Assembly (NCBI GenBank): GCA_963729625.1
Contig: CAVSOU010000011.1
Coordinates: forward strand, 480,001-544,000
DNA length: 64,000 bases
DNA from: an uncultured bacterium
GTDB lineage: Bacteria > Chloroflexota > UBA5177 > JANWHV01
Direction of reading: 5' to 3'
Shown here: piece after piece, positions 10,393-20,325 of the stretch
Position numbering within the stretch: the stretch's first letter is position 1
Layout: each line of letters opens with the position of its first letter
Notes under the pieces: generated by a model
What the model saw: the letters and a program-made list of their open reading frames with translations, nothing else
Databases searched by the model: none
What the model was told of the DNA's origin: nothing
Program-made: the position numbers and the translations under genes

Positions 10393-12643
10393 CCTTGAAA
10401 CGTTGCGGGCGACAGTCCTGGCGGAGGTGCCCTGGCATCCCGCCAGGACTGTCGCCGGCACGCTGCGATTCCAGGGCGATAACCTCGTCGTCGAGCCTCG
10501 CAGTGCCGACGATCAATGGGTCGAGCTACCGGTAACGACGATCTCGCGTGCAGCCATGGAGTCGACACTTGGCATGCTTCCAGTGCTTCGCGTGTGGCAC
10601 ACGGCTCACGGCGGCGAACAGGAGTCGCGTTTTGCATTCAGCGCGGCCGGCGATCACGATGACCGTTCGCAGGATAACGGCGGTCCAGGACTCTCCGACC
10701 GCATTGGCCCTGGCGTCGCGCGTGATGCGGCCCAGGCGATCGAGAGCGGTTTCCGTGTGCTGACCAGCGGGCTCAGCCTTGGCAAGCGGACCGCGCGGCA
10801 GGCGGTGGAGGGACTTGCACGGCACGAGGAATACCAGCAGTGGCCGGCAGCCATCGCCCAGGCGCAAGAGCAGGCCAAGAAGCGGCCACACGGACAAGGA
10901 TCCCCCCAGGCGCCGGCGGCCGTGCAGGAGCCGATCGTGCCGCCCAATGTGCAGCCTCCGACGGGGAACGCGATCGAGCAATTCGCGTGGTTCCGCGAAC
11001 GAGTGCCTGGGTGGCTGGCCGTGTGCAGCCGGCGCGCGCGTGAGTTAGGTGTGCACGGCGTACCCGTGATCCAGCCGATGTATCCGCTCGACAGCGACAC
11101 GTGCAGAATTGTGGTCATCGGAGAGTTCAGCCGCGGTAAGTCCACGCTGATCAACGCGCTGTTTGGCATTCATGGGGAGATCGCGCTCCCGACGGGCATG
11201 ACTCCGACCACGCCAATCGCATTCGCCCTGCGCGTACCGCGCGTTGGCGAAGTAGACGGCGCCACAATCACGTACCGTACGCGCCGCCAGCCGCTTGAGC
11301 TGACGCTGGACGAGTTCCGGCAGGCGGCGCGATTGGTGGACGACGATCGGCTTGCCGGACATGAATCCGCACCAGACCCAAATTTGCAGGAAGCCAGACG
11401 GGTAGAGGTCCGCATTACTGGCGCCTACCTTCCGTCAGGTGTGGAGATCGAAGATACGCCGGGGTTGAACGAGCAATCCGGCAGATCGGCGGGCGCGCTC
11501 TCCGCACTCGGACGAGCCGACCTGATCCTCTTCGTTCTCGCGGCCGATCAATTGCTCGGGGATCTCGAACGCGACGTGATTACCAACACGCTGATCAAAG
11601 AGCATCACCGAAACGTGCTGTTTCTTGTGAATTTCTGGGATAACGTGCTGGATGAACATGAGCGGGAGAACCTGAGGACACGAGCTCGCGCCATCCTCGC
11701 CGACTTCCCGAGCCCCTTTCGGCGCACCACCGGCGCTGCGGAGAGCGGCGAACAGCTTGGCGACGTCTTCTATGTGTCGGCGCTTCAAGCCGCCCGCGCT
11801 CAGCGCCAGCGTAAGTCGGCGCCTGACGAATCCGGCATTCCGCTCTTGCGCGCGCGCTTGCGTGAGCTCGTGGGCCCCGAATCGCACGCTATGCTGTTGC
11901 GTGCGCGGGCAGGACGAGCGCGCAGGTTCGTGCGGATTCTTCGCAACGTCGTGTCGCGGTCGACCGCCGAGCGGAGCGCGCGCGCCCACGGCGCTGCACG
12001 GCCAGCCACCACGGGTGAACAAGCGGGCGTAGCCGCCGTCGCGGCGAAACGCGTCGCAGCCGGTCTCCCGGACGCCATGCTCGGCGCCACCGCACGGTTG
12101 CAGGCCGGACTTGAACAGGGCACGGTTGGCAGCCTCGACCGGTTGACTGAGCGCCTGGCCATGGCGCGCGCGACCGAGCATGCGATTCGGATTGATGATG
12201 AGCTCAGGCGCGCGCTGCTTGCTGAGTTCCGAACTGTGGCCGCGGACTACGCAAGAGCCGCCCAGGCCGCATTGGACCTGGTCGTTGCCCGCGCGCGCGC
12301 CGCGTTTCTGCAACATGGGTTGACGCCGCCTGCCTTCGACGTGCACCTGGCGCCCATGAGCCTTTCGTTGCCCCCCGACGCGGAACCCGACCTCCTCCTG
12401 GCTACGGCTCGAGGTGCTTCCCGCCTGCTGCGAGAAGATCTTGAGCGACAGTCGGCGTCGCTCACCGCGGATCTGCTGCGCATGTGCGATGAGCACCCGC
12501 GCACCGCTCAAGCGTCTGCCGGGAATCTGGACACCGAGCAACCATCGAGGTCCGGCGCGGACGCACTCGCCCATACCGCGGGACTGCGGCTGCTCGAGGA
12601 GGACCTGCTCCGACTCGACGACCTGCTTGCCCGGATGACCTGA
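10382..12643 (+). CDS. Second dynamin-like GTPase with an extra N-terminal beta domain
   Basis: G1 GEFSRGKST, PTT, G3 DTPG, atypical G4 NFWD; TTG start overlaps the end of the upstream dynamin. Confidence 0.85.
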   Translation: MAIDLETLRATVLAEVPWHPARTVAGTLRFQGDNLVVEPRSADDQWVELPVTTISRAAMESTLGMLPVLRVWHTAHGGEQESRFAFSAAGDHDDRSQDNGGPGLSDRIGPGVARDAAQAIESGFRVLTSGLSLGKRTARQAVEGLARHEEYQQWPAAIAQAQEQAKKRPHGQGSPQAPAAVQEPIVPPNVQPPTGNAIEQFAWFRERVPGWLAVCSRRARELGVHGVPVIQPMYPLDSDTCRIVVIGEFSRGKSTLINALFGIHGEIALPTGMTPTTPIAFALRVPRVGEVDGATITYRTRRQPLELTLDEFRQAARLVDDDRLAGHESAPDPNLQEARRVEVRITGAYLPSGVEIEDTPGLNEQSGRSAGALSALGRADLILFVLAADQLLGDLERDVITNTLIKEHHRNVLFLVNFWDNVLDEHERENLRTRARAILADFPSPFRRTTGAAESGEQLGDVFYVSALQAARAQRQRKSAPDESGIPLLRARLRELVGPESHAMLLRARAGRARRFVRILRNVVSRSTAERSARAHGAARPATTGEQAGVAAVAAKRVAAGLPDAMLGATARLQAGLEQGTVGSLDRLTERLAMARATEHAIRIDDELRRALLAEFRTVAADYARAAQAALDLVVARARAAFLQHGLTPPAFDVHLAPMSLSLPPDAEPDLLLATARGASRLLREDLERQSASLTADLLRMCDEHPRTAQASAGNLDTEQPSRSGADALAHTAGLRLLEEDLLRLDDLLARMT

Positions 12644-12783
12644 GGTATCGCTTGGCTGGTAGTCAGAGCGCGTACGGACCCGCGCAGACTCGGCATAGCA
12701 TAGCGCACGTGCCAGACATTGGATTCGAACTGGCATGGCAGGCCGGAACGAACAGACGGCGACCGCCCAGTAGATAACGCTGA

Positions 12784-12799
12784 GTGCAGACGTCTGCAC
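12784..12799. repeat. Perfect 16-bp palindrome GTGCAGACGTCTGCAC, copy 1 (candidate parS-like site)
   Basis: Read directly; an identical copy lies 94 bp downstream, in the intergenic region before parA. Confidence 0.7.
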
Positions 12800-12877
12800 C
12801 GTGCCAACCGGAAAGCTGCCGGCTCGGTGTCCCAAGGCAGAACAGCCAGAATGTGACCGCCGCATGGTCGACGTCCT

Positions 12878-12893
12878 GTGCAGACGTCTGCAC
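12878..12893. repeat. Perfect 16-bp palindrome GTGCAGACGTCTGCAC, copy 2 (candidate parS-like site)
   Basis: Read directly; also flanked by inverted TGGTCGAC (12865-12872) and GTCGACCA (12897-12904); extended -10 TGGTATACT at 12931-12939. Confidence 0.7.
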
Positions 12894-12970
12894 TGTGTCG
12901 ACCAAATGAGTGCCGGATCGTGGCGCGCTCTGGTATACTCCGCCAGTGCAACGGCAGTTAAGAGGGTGTC

Positions 12971-13735
12971 ATGGCCACGATAATCGCGTTTGCTCAGCGG
13001 AAGGGCGGCAGTGGCAAGACCACATCGGCCTTCAATATCGCCGGCGCGTTGAGCGAGGTGGGCAAACGCATTCTTGTCATCGACATGGATCCTCAGGTCA
13101 CGCTCAGTACCCTCTGTAGTGCGCCTCTCGACCTGGACCTGCCAGGGATCCTGCACGAAGGCGCGCCGCTCAATCGCCTGGTGTGCTCGACGCCGTTCCA
13201 CAACATCGCGATCATACCGGGCCACTCGGACATGGTCGGACTGCAGGAGCAGACCCTGCCGAACGCGGACTTGCTGCTCAAGCGGAGCCTGGACGCCAGC
13301 CCCCACTTGCTGGAGAACTTCGACATCTGCCTGATCGACAGCCCTCCACTGCTCGGGCGGCTCACCTTGAACGTATTGGTCACCGCACACGTCGCGATTC
13401 TCCCGCTAAATCCGCAGGATCTGGGCAGTCGGCAGGCGCTTGACGAAACGCTCGGCACAATCGAACGCGTTCGCCGCCAGCGAAACTACACGCTGAGGCT
13501 TGGTGGAATCCTGCTGGGCCAGGTACGAGCTCGCACGTCACTTGGACGGCAAGCGGTGGCTGCAATGCGCTCACGCTTCGGCTCGGCGATTCTCGAGCCC
13601 ATTGTTCCTGACGCGATAAGTGTGCAGGAGTCACTCAATGCGCAGCGACCGATGGTGTTCTATCGCCCACGATCGGCCGCTGCCCAAGCCTATCGCGAGC
13701 TGGCCCAGATTATTGCCGGCTCTCGCCCGGGGTAG
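12971..13735 (+). CDS. parA: ParA/Soj family partition ATPase
   Basis: Deviant Walker A QRKGGSGKTT, VIDMDPQ, LIDSPP; 254 aa; directly upstream of a ParB gene. Confidence 0.9.
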   Translation: MATIIAFAQRKGGSGKTTSAFNIAGALSEVGKRILVIDMDPQVTLSTLCSAPLDLDLPGILHEGAPLNRLVCSTPFHNIAIIPGHSDMVGLQEQTLPNADLLLKRSLDASPHLLENFDICLIDSPPLLGRLTLNVLVTAHVAILPLNPQDLGSRQALDETLGTIERVRRQRNYTLRLGGILLGQVRARTSLGRQAVAAMRSRFGSAILEPIVPDAISVQESLNAQRPMVFYRPRSAAAQAYRELAQIIAGSRPG

Positions 13736-13757
13736 CAGGTAACTGAGGAGAACGCAG

Positions 13758-14861
13758 TTGGCTCCTAGGCAATTCGATTTCACGCCAATACCGCAGCCCT
13801 CCGCTCCGGTTCGCGACCACGCGTTGACCGCAAGCTCCGACGGGTCGCAGCCGCTGATGGCAGCGCGCCTTGTCCCTCTGGACCGGCTCGTAGCCGACCC
13901 GGACCAGCCCCGGAAGACGTTCGGCGAGGAGGGGCTGCAAGAGTTGGCAACCTCGCTTCGTACCGCAGGCATGCGACAGCCGATTACCGCCTACTACGAT
14001 GACAGCCGCGAAGCATTCGTAGTGATCAGCGGTGAACGCAGGCTAATCGCCGCACGGGCCGCCGGCCTCACCCATGCCCCAGTGCTGGTTGAGCATCGAC
14101 CAACGTCGGACGCTGAGAAGCTCGTGCTGCAGCTTGCCGAGAACCTGGTACGCGAGGACCTAACGGTGCCGGAGGCGGCGCGCGCACTCTCTCGCCTGAG
14201 GGAGCTCAGGCCGTCAGACTGGCTGGAGGTGGCACGACAGCACGGTATCGGCCGGCGAAGAGCGTACCAGTATTTGGAACATCTCTCCGACCCACCTATC
14301 TTGCAGAGGGCGCTGGCCGGCAATGCGATCAGCGAAGGTCATGCCGCCGAGCTACGCCGCATACCAGTCGATCGCCTCCCGGACATGCTCAGGGAAGTCA
14401 TCGAAAACCATCTCAGTGTCGCGAACACCCGGCTGCTCATCGCGGCGACGAAGGCAGTGGCGCCGACCCCGAGCCCCGGGACATCGGCTGCGCTGGTTGA
14501 ACCGGCAGGCACACGCGTAGACGAGCCAAGTGATGATCTGTTGAGCGATGCGCCTTCGGCCGGCGAGATCGCCGAGGTGCTCAGACCCGAGTCCGCAGCC
14601 TGGTCCAAAGCGGTGAGCGGCACCGACATCCGGCGCGATAAGGCGAGGCGGGAACGGATGCGCCGTCTGCGGCTGCGCCTCGAACGCATTGCATCCGAGC
14701 TCCGAAACGCCCACGTGGACGAGATCGCCGCTGACCTGGACGCACTGCCCGAGATTATCATACAGGCACGGGAAGCCCGCGCCGGCCTGGATCGCTTCAT
14801 CGCACTGCTCGAGCGCGTCCGGCTTGATCGCGCCGAGCCGAACGAACCTGCCATCGAGTAG
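13758..14861 (+). CDS. parB: ParB/RepB/Spo0J family partition protein
   Basis: DQPRKTF, QPI, SGERR, LAENLVREDL (CTP-binding domain) and HTH WLEVARQHGIGRRRAYQYL; GAGGAG RBS before TTG. Confidence 0.9.
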   Translation: MAPRQFDFTPIPQPSAPVRDHALTASSDGSQPLMAARLVPLDRLVADPDQPRKTFGEEGLQELATSLRTAGMRQPITAYYDDSREAFVVISGERRLIAARAAGLTHAPVLVEHRPTSDAEKLVLQLAENLVREDLTVPEAARALSRLRELRPSDWLEVARQHGIGRRRAYQYLEHLSDPPILQRALAGNAISEGHAAELRRIPVDRLPDMLREVIENHLSVANTRLLIAATKAVAPTPSPGTSAALVEPAGTRVDEPSDDLLSDAPSAGEIAEVLRPESAAWSKAVSGTDIRRDKARRERMRRLRLRLERIASELRNAHVDEIAADLDALPEIIIQAREARAGLDRFIALLERVRLDRAEPNEPAIE

Positions 14862-14935
14862 GCCTTCGAGCCCCAACGCGGCAGCAATGTCGCAGGCTAC
14901 AATCAAGTCAGCAAGTAAGGAAGTATGACACCGCG

Positions 14936-15772
14936 GTGAACTCCTCATTCATGCCCGGCTTCGTGCGGCCCGAGACACTGGCGCCCGAAGCATGGTGGTT
15001 CGTCCTTAACGACGACAGCGTTCTCGTACGAGAGCACGATGGCCAGGTCGAAGTACCGTTCGCGCGCAGTCTTGCGGACTTGGGCATCGACGCTTCCGAG
15101 CCCCACTATCTGGGCAGGGTGGGGGATCATGCGTGCCTGGCAGCTCCGCTGGCCTCGGATTGGACCCCACCGGCCGGTTTCGCGCGTGAGGGATTGCGCG
15201 GACTGTATGGAAGAATCGACGACGATCTCTTCGCGATCGCCGGACGCGCAAGCCAGGTTGTGACGTGGGATCGCACGCACCGGTTCTGCGGCCGGTGCGG
15301 AGCACCGACCGTTCCGCTCGATACCGAGCGCGCGCGCCAGTGCCCAGTCTGTGGTTTGACGGCCTACCCGCGCATCTCCCCATGCGTGATCGTACTGATC
15401 ACGAGAGACGCGGAGGTGCTGCTCGCGCGCGGCCGGAATTTCCCCGCCGGGCGCTATAGCACACCCGCGGGCTTTGTCGAGCTGGGAGAAACACTGGAAG
15501 AGACGGTAGTGCGCGAGGTGCGCGAAGAGGTCGGCGTCGAAGTGGAAAACATCCGGTATTTCGGCAGCCAACCATGGCCGTTTCCTCACCAGATCATGAT
15601 TGGCTTCACCTGCACCTGGAAGTCCGGAGAGATATGCATCGACCCTCAGGAGATCGCCGACGCGCAATGGTTCACGCGCGGCTCAATGCCTCAAATCCCA
15701 CCGCCGCTCAGCATCTCGCGCCGGCTTATCGATTCGTACCTGTTCGCCGAGGCAGGACGCGCGTCGGGCTGA
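14936..15772 (+). CDS. nudC: NAD(H) diphosphatase NudC
   Basis: Zn ribbon RFCGRCG...CPVCG...YPRISP, Nudix box AGFVELGETLEETVVREVREEVGV, SQPWPFP signature. Confidence 0.95.
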   Translation: MNSSFMPGFVRPETLAPEAWWFVLNDDSVLVREHDGQVEVPFARSLADLGIDASEPHYLGRVGDHACLAAPLASDWTPPAGFAREGLRGLYGRIDDDLFAIAGRASQVVTWDRTHRFCGRCGAPTVPLDTERARQCPVCGLTAYPRISPCVIVLITRDAEVLLARGRNFPAGRYSTPAGFVELGETLEETVVREVREEVGVEVENIRYFGSQPWPFPHQIMIGFTCTWKSGEICIDPQEIADAQWFTRGSMPQIPPPLSISRRLIDSYLFAEAGRASG

Positions 15773-15908
15773 CCGGCCTCCCACCGCGGCTGGAGGTCAA
15801 TTCCATGGAAGTCGGGCCGCATCTGCTTTCCACGACCTGCCTCGGCAGGTACCGCTACCAGAGGCCGATCGTCAGTCGAGCTTACCCGTGGGGAGCCTGC
15901 CGCACACG

Positions 15909-16583
15909 CTATACGGCGACAGGGCGCAGCGCGTGCAGGAAGGCCACTTCGTCCGAAGCCGCCATAACCGTGGGTATCAGCTCGAACTGCCCAATTCCAA
16001 GGTGCGCGCTCGCCACGAGCCGGAAGCCAGCGCGAGCAAAGGCGTGCAGCGACGGCTCATTGCCGGGAGCCACGGCGCCCCAAGCCCACACGTCGCCCTG
16101 CAGTCGAAGATCTTCTACCACGAAGCGCAGCAGCCCGGCAAATATGCCTCGACCGCGATGCAGTGGAAGTGTTGCACAGTCCCAGATATATGCGTGCCCG
16201 CGCGGGATCGGCACGGCCAGGTTCAGCTCGTAGATGCGAATCATGTCGTGGTTGACCCAGCCGTACGCTGCGATGCGATCGTCGGGAAGCACTGCAAGAA
16301 AAGCCTGTGCGGCCGCGGCGCAGCGCTCGAAAACTGTCTCGACCGGCACGCTCATGGCTTCCGCCAATGGCTGAGCAAAGGCCGCGTGATAGCGCACAAA
16401 CCGTATCCCCGCGACGACATACGGTTCGATAGGTCCGCACTGCAGGTCAAACGTCTCGATTGCCCCGGCAGGTACCTGTTCGCGCCGATCCGTCATCATA
16501 CAGGCCTGAGCATCTCGACCGCGCTGAGCGCACGCTGCCAAGACGATGGCGTCTTCCACGGACGCGAGCACTTCTCTCGGCAC
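15909..16583 (-). CDS. GNAT family N-acetyltransferase
   Basis: AYIWDCATLPLHRGRGIF motif A and NEPSLHAFARAGF; start may be later (ATG near 16499). Confidence 0.8.
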   Translation of the reverse strand: MPREVLASVEDAIVLAACAQRGRDAQACMMTDRREQVPAGAIETFDLQCGPIEPYVVAGIRFVRYHAAFAQPLAEAMSVPVETVFERCAAAAQAFLAVLPDDRIAAYGWVNHDMIRIYELNLAVPIPRGHAYIWDCATLPLHRGRGIFAGLLRFVVEDLRLQGDVWAWGAVAPGNEPSLHAFARAGFRLVASAHLGIGQFELIPTVMAASDEVAFLHALRPVAV

Positions 16584-16638
16584 GACGTGTCACCAGGCGT
16601 CCAAGTTTCATATCGAGCATACCCTGTCGCATGCGAAG

Positions 16639-17757
16639 TTAGCACATGCGGACCGCGCGCGGTAGATCGCTCAGGACATGAGCGCCACCGTCATCCAGGT
16701 ACACGATCTCTTCCAGCCGCACGCCGAAGCGGCCGGGAAGGTAGATTCCCGGCTCAATACTGAAAACCATGCCCGGCAGCAACATCACGTCGCTGGTCGC
16801 GGTGATATACGGCTGCTCATGCACGGAAAGGCCCAGACCATGACCGGTACGATGCACGAAGTACTGCCCGTAGCCGGCATCGGCAATGACCTTCCTTGCC
16901 GCGGCGTCCACTTCTCGCGCAGGCACTCCCGGCCGCGCTGCCGACTGTGCGGCGCGAGATGCCTCTTCCACGACGGCGTGCACGCGCGCGTATTCGGCGT
17001 CGGGCAGCGCCCCACCCGCAATTGCCATGCGCGTGATATCAGAACAGTAGCCGCGCAACCTGCTTCCAATGTCTGCGACGACGACATCGCCTGCCCGTAT
17101 CGTCGTCCCATCCGACTGGTGGTGAGGCAGGGCGCTGTGAGAACCAGCGCCGATGGTGGCAAAGACCGTCTCCTCGGCGCCCGCGCGGGCCATCGCCGCC
17201 GATGCAATCGCAACGAGCTCCAGCTCGGAAATACCCGGCTCGCAGGCAGCGAACGCCGCATCGATTCCGGCATCCGCCGTGGCGGCCGCGGCCCGCAATA
17301 CTGCGATTTCATCCGGATCCTTGACGCTCCGAAGTGGTCCTACGATCGGGCTTGCAGGCCCAAATGACGCGTCCTTCAGCGCACTCTGGAGTTCGAGCAG
17401 GTGATCGGCCCTCATCTCTTCGTCGACTGCTATGCGGGGTCTTTCCGGCAGGCCCATGGCCTTGATGGCTAGCGTCAGCGCGGCGGACGGGCCGTGCTCA
17501 TCCTGATAGGTCTGGATCGGCACCTGCGCATGCGATCGCACTTGGTCGGCATTCACCGCTGGAACGACGAAGAGTTGGTGGGCGTCGGTGAGGAGGAGCG
17601 CGCAGTACCGCTCGTCGGGGTGCGGGGCGAACCCACCCAGCGTGTAACGCATATTGTCGGTCACCGCGAGCACGAGCAGGTCGACGCCGGACTCCGTGAT
17701 CGCGTGCTGCAGAGCCCGCAGCCGCACCGGCCGGGCGTCCTCACTACCAATGTTCAT
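16639..17757 (-). CDS. Xaa-Pro peptidase (M24 family)
   Basis: Creatinase-like N-domain, RSVKDPDEI, GYCSDITR, HRTGHGLGLSVHE, FSIEPGIY, GVRLEE. Confidence 0.95.
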   Translation of the reverse strand: MNIGSEDARPVRLRALQHAITESGVDLLVLAVTDNMRYTLGGFAPHPDERYCALLLTDAHQLFVVPAVNADQVRSHAQVPIQTYQDEHGPSAALTLAIKAMGLPERPRIAVDEEMRADHLLELQSALKDASFGPASPIVGPLRSVKDPDEIAVLRAAAATADAGIDAAFAACEPGISELELVAIASAAMARAGAEETVFATIGAGSHSALPHHQSDGTTIRAGDVVVADIGSRLRGYCSDITRMAIAGGALPDAEYARVHAVVEEASRAAQSAARPGVPAREVDAAARKVIADAGYGQYFVHRTGHGLGLSVHEQPYITATSDVMLLPGMVFSIEPGIYLPGRFGVRLEEIVYLDDGGAHVLSDLPRAVRMC

Positions 17758-17970
17758 GTGTCATATCTCCTCGGTCCGTTACCGCGTCGTGACGCTGCGC
17801 TGGGAGGCGTGCTCGCTCGCGATCCCCCTCAGCGTCGCGACACCACTTACCCTATAGTATGCAGTTTGAGCTTGGTTGATTCACAGCACGCTGCTTCACC
17901 TTGTACGCTTCTTCAAGGCGCTTCGTCAACTATTGGCGCCGGGATACCGAGTTATTCAAGGGAGACGACC

Positions 17971-18849
17971 ATGAACACGCAGGCAGGTGCGAGCGATCTA
18001 CCCGAGCACGCGCGCGAACGGCTCCAGACCATGTTGCCCGGCAGCACAGGCAAGCGATTCTTCACCAGCGATCTCACCGTGAGCGAGTTTCTGTTAGTGA
18101 AAGAGGCCGGTTTCGATCCCCTCGGCTTGGTGGTCGGCACGAGCATCTATCATATAGGACTGCAGGTCGCCCGGCTCCAGGCCAACATGGAGATGGACGT
18201 ACTTACCCAGGCCATGTACCACGCTCGCGAGCTGGCGATGCGGCGCATGGAGGAGGAAGCAGACGTCCTGGGGGCAGATGGTATCGTTGGCGTCAGGTTA
18301 CTTGTGGGCCAGTACAATTGGGCGTCGAATCTCGCCGAGTTCAAGGCTATCGGCACAGCGATCAAGTCCAAGGATGGTGTTGGTCGGCGGACCAACGCGG
18401 GAAAGCCGTTCACGTCGGACCTGTCTGGCCAGGATTTCTGGACGCTGCTGCGCTCGGGCTACCGACCTCTCGCCCTGGTGTTCGGCACGTGCGTGTATCA
18501 CGTGGCTCACCAGACCTTCGGCCAGTTCTTCAAGACAATGGGACGCAACACGGAGATGCCCAACTTCACGCAAGCGCTTTACGATGCACGTGAACTGGCG
18601 ATGGAGCGAATGCAGCACGAGGCGGTGAACATCGGCGCCGAGGGCATCGTCGGCGCGAATATATACGAGAGCACGCACAGCTGGAACAGTCACGTTATCG
18701 AGTTTCTAGCCGTCGGCACGGCCATCGTGAGCACGGCCGAAGACCACCGCATCCAGACACCGCAGCTCACCATGTCCCTCAACGCGGACCAGCATCCGCC
18801 GTCGGTCCTGCACTCGGGACCGTTGCCGGTCATGGCAACCGCTCGATAA
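17971..18849 (+). CDS. Tandem YbjQ-like heavy-metal-binding domain protein
   Basis: Two internal repeats FTSDL...ARELAM.RM..EA..GA.GIVG...EF.A.GTAI; GGGAG RBS before ATG 17971. Confidence 0.85.
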   Translation: MNTQAGASDLPEHARERLQTMLPGSTGKRFFTSDLTVSEFLLVKEAGFDPLGLVVGTSIYHIGLQVARLQANMEMDVLTQAMYHARELAMRRMEEEADVLGADGIVGVRLLVGQYNWASNLAEFKAIGTAIKSKDGVGRRTNAGKPFTSDLSGQDFWTLLRSGYRPLALVFGTCVYHVAHQTFGQFFKTMGRNTEMPNFTQALYDARELAMERMQHEAVNIGAEGIVGANIYESTHSWNSHVIEFLAVGTAIVSTAEDHRIQTPQLTMSLNADQHPPSVLHSGPLPVMATAR

Positions 18850-19050
18850 CCGGCAGGCAGCCGTTGGAGATCCCCCGGATCGATCCGGATGGCAGTGAGG
18901 AAAGACCGGACGAATCCGGGGGCGACGGGCACGAGCAGCTCGAACATGAAGGCCACAGTCGTCGCCCAGCTGGTCAATCTGCAAAAGGAACTCGGCGACG
19001 CGCCGGCATGAGCGCCCCGGGAACCCGGGGTCTCGGAGGTGTCAATGCGG

Positions 19051-20325
19051 CTACCGGCGCCAGAAGCGCCTGCCTCCGGCAAGCGACACCTTGCGGTGCG
19101 GGGGCACGTCCTCGACTTCGACGCTGGGATCACCCGCGAGGAAAGAGGCCAGATCGCGGATGTTCTGGCTGAGAGGAGCGTCGGGACTGCTGAGCATAAA
19201 CGGTATACCCTCGGTCGCCGCCGCGGTTGCACGCCGGCCGTCACTTACCACGCGCCAGCGAAGCTCCCGCTTGAGGAACGTCTCGATGTCCGCGATGTAG
19301 CCCGGCTCCACACTATCCGAACGCATGAGCACCGGGATGATTTGCTCCTCCTTGTAGTGCAGCAGACTCGCCACCCGCAGAAATGCATAGAGGTTCTTGA
19401 TCGCCGGCATATCCGGTCCGAAGGGCACGAGAATGGTATCCGCCATTTCGAGCGCGGCCAACACGCGATCGTCGAATCCGGGCCACGTGTCCACGACGGT
19501 GTACGTAAACTGCCGGCGCAGCATTGCCAGGATATGTCTGACGTGCTCGACGCGGATGCGGTCACCCTCTTCCGGCTGGAGGGGCGCCAGAAGCACGCTC
19601 AGACCGGAGCGGTGTCGTACAAGTGTCTCGGCAATGACCTCTGCGGTAATCTCGTGCGCTGGAGCGGCAAGCTCCAGCATCGTGCGCCCAGGAGGCAAGC
19701 TGAGAAACACGTCATGGCTACCGAAGCTGATGTTGCCGTCGACAAGCGATGTCGCGTGCTTGGCAACCTGCAGGGCGATGGCGAGATTCACGGCAAGCGT
19801 TGATGAGCCGACCCCGCCTTTGGGGCTGAAAACGACGATGATGTGATGTGACTTGCCGGTGTCTCCGGCAATTGGCGTGTCGTCCAGCTCGGTGGACTGG
19901 TCGCTCTGCAACCGTGACAGCGCGTCAAGCGAGCCGAGCAGCCCGTCCAGCTCCTGGCGCACCGCGACAACTTCCTCAAGCAAATCGGCAATGGAGAAGG
20001 GAAACGGGAGCAGTCGCCGAACGCCCGCGGCCATCGCTGCCGCCAGAGCGTCAGCGCTGAACGCCACGGAGTATGCGAGGACCGCTGCCCGCGGATAGAG
20101 CTCCTGAATGCGTCTGGCATACGCGAGGCGGACCGGCAGGTCGCCGTCCAGTCCAACCAAGAGCGCATCCGGGCCCGACCACCCGGGCATCGCGACGAGC
20201 GGTCGATCACCGGTGACCACGTACAGTGATACCGCGCTGCCGGCTACAGCGTCGTGGAGCTGCGCCGCAACCTGATCATCGCTTTCTACGGCGAAGACTT
20301 CAATAGGGGTCGCATCCGTCGTCAT
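19051..20325 (-). CDS. cpaE: CpaE/TadZ-like protein (atypical receiver plus MinD/ParA-type ATPase)
   Basis: N-terminal REC-like domain (AAMAAGVRRLLPFPF), VFSPKGGVGSSTLAVNLA, LVDGN, GLSVLLAP, VVDT. Confidence 0.75.
   Translation of the reverse strand: MTTDATPIEVFAVESDDQVAAQLHDAVAGSAVSLYVVTGDRPLVAMPGWSGPDALLVGLDGDLPVRLAYARRIQELYPRAAVLAYSVAFSADALAAAMAAGVRRLLPFPFSIADLLEEVVAVRQELDGLLGSLDALSRLQSDQSTELDDTPIAGDTGKSHHIIVVFSPKGGVGSSTLAVNLAIALQVAKHATSLVDGNISFGSHDVFLSLPPGRTMLELAAPAHEITAEVIAETLVRHRSGLSVLLAPLQPEEGDRIRVEHVRHILAMLRRQFTYTVVDTWPGFDDRVLAALEMADTILVPFGPDMPAIKNLYAFLRVASLLHYKEEQIIPVLMRSDSVEPGYIADIETFLKRELRWRVVSDGRRATAAATEGIPFMLSSPDAPLSQNIRDLASFLAGDPSVEVEDVPPHRKVSLAGGRRFWRR

Noticed and set aside
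12644-12970. Canonical parS or oriC
   Set aside because: No TGTTTCACGTGAAACA-like site, DnaA-box cluster or AT-rich unwinding element seen.
11435-13390. 651-aa minus-strand ORF
   Set aside because: Antisense shadow of the dynamin and parA genes in GC-rich DNA; no recognisable domain.
17494-17970. Long N-terminal extension of the YbjQ-like ORF
   Set aside because: Overlaps the M24 peptidase on the opposite strand; ATG 17971 has an RBS and fits the domain start.
18873-19010. Small ORF (MAVRKD...GDAPA, 40 aa) and CCCCGGAT/ATCCGGGG inverted repeat
   Set aside because: No motif or RNA family recognised; could be chance in GC-rich intergenic DNA.
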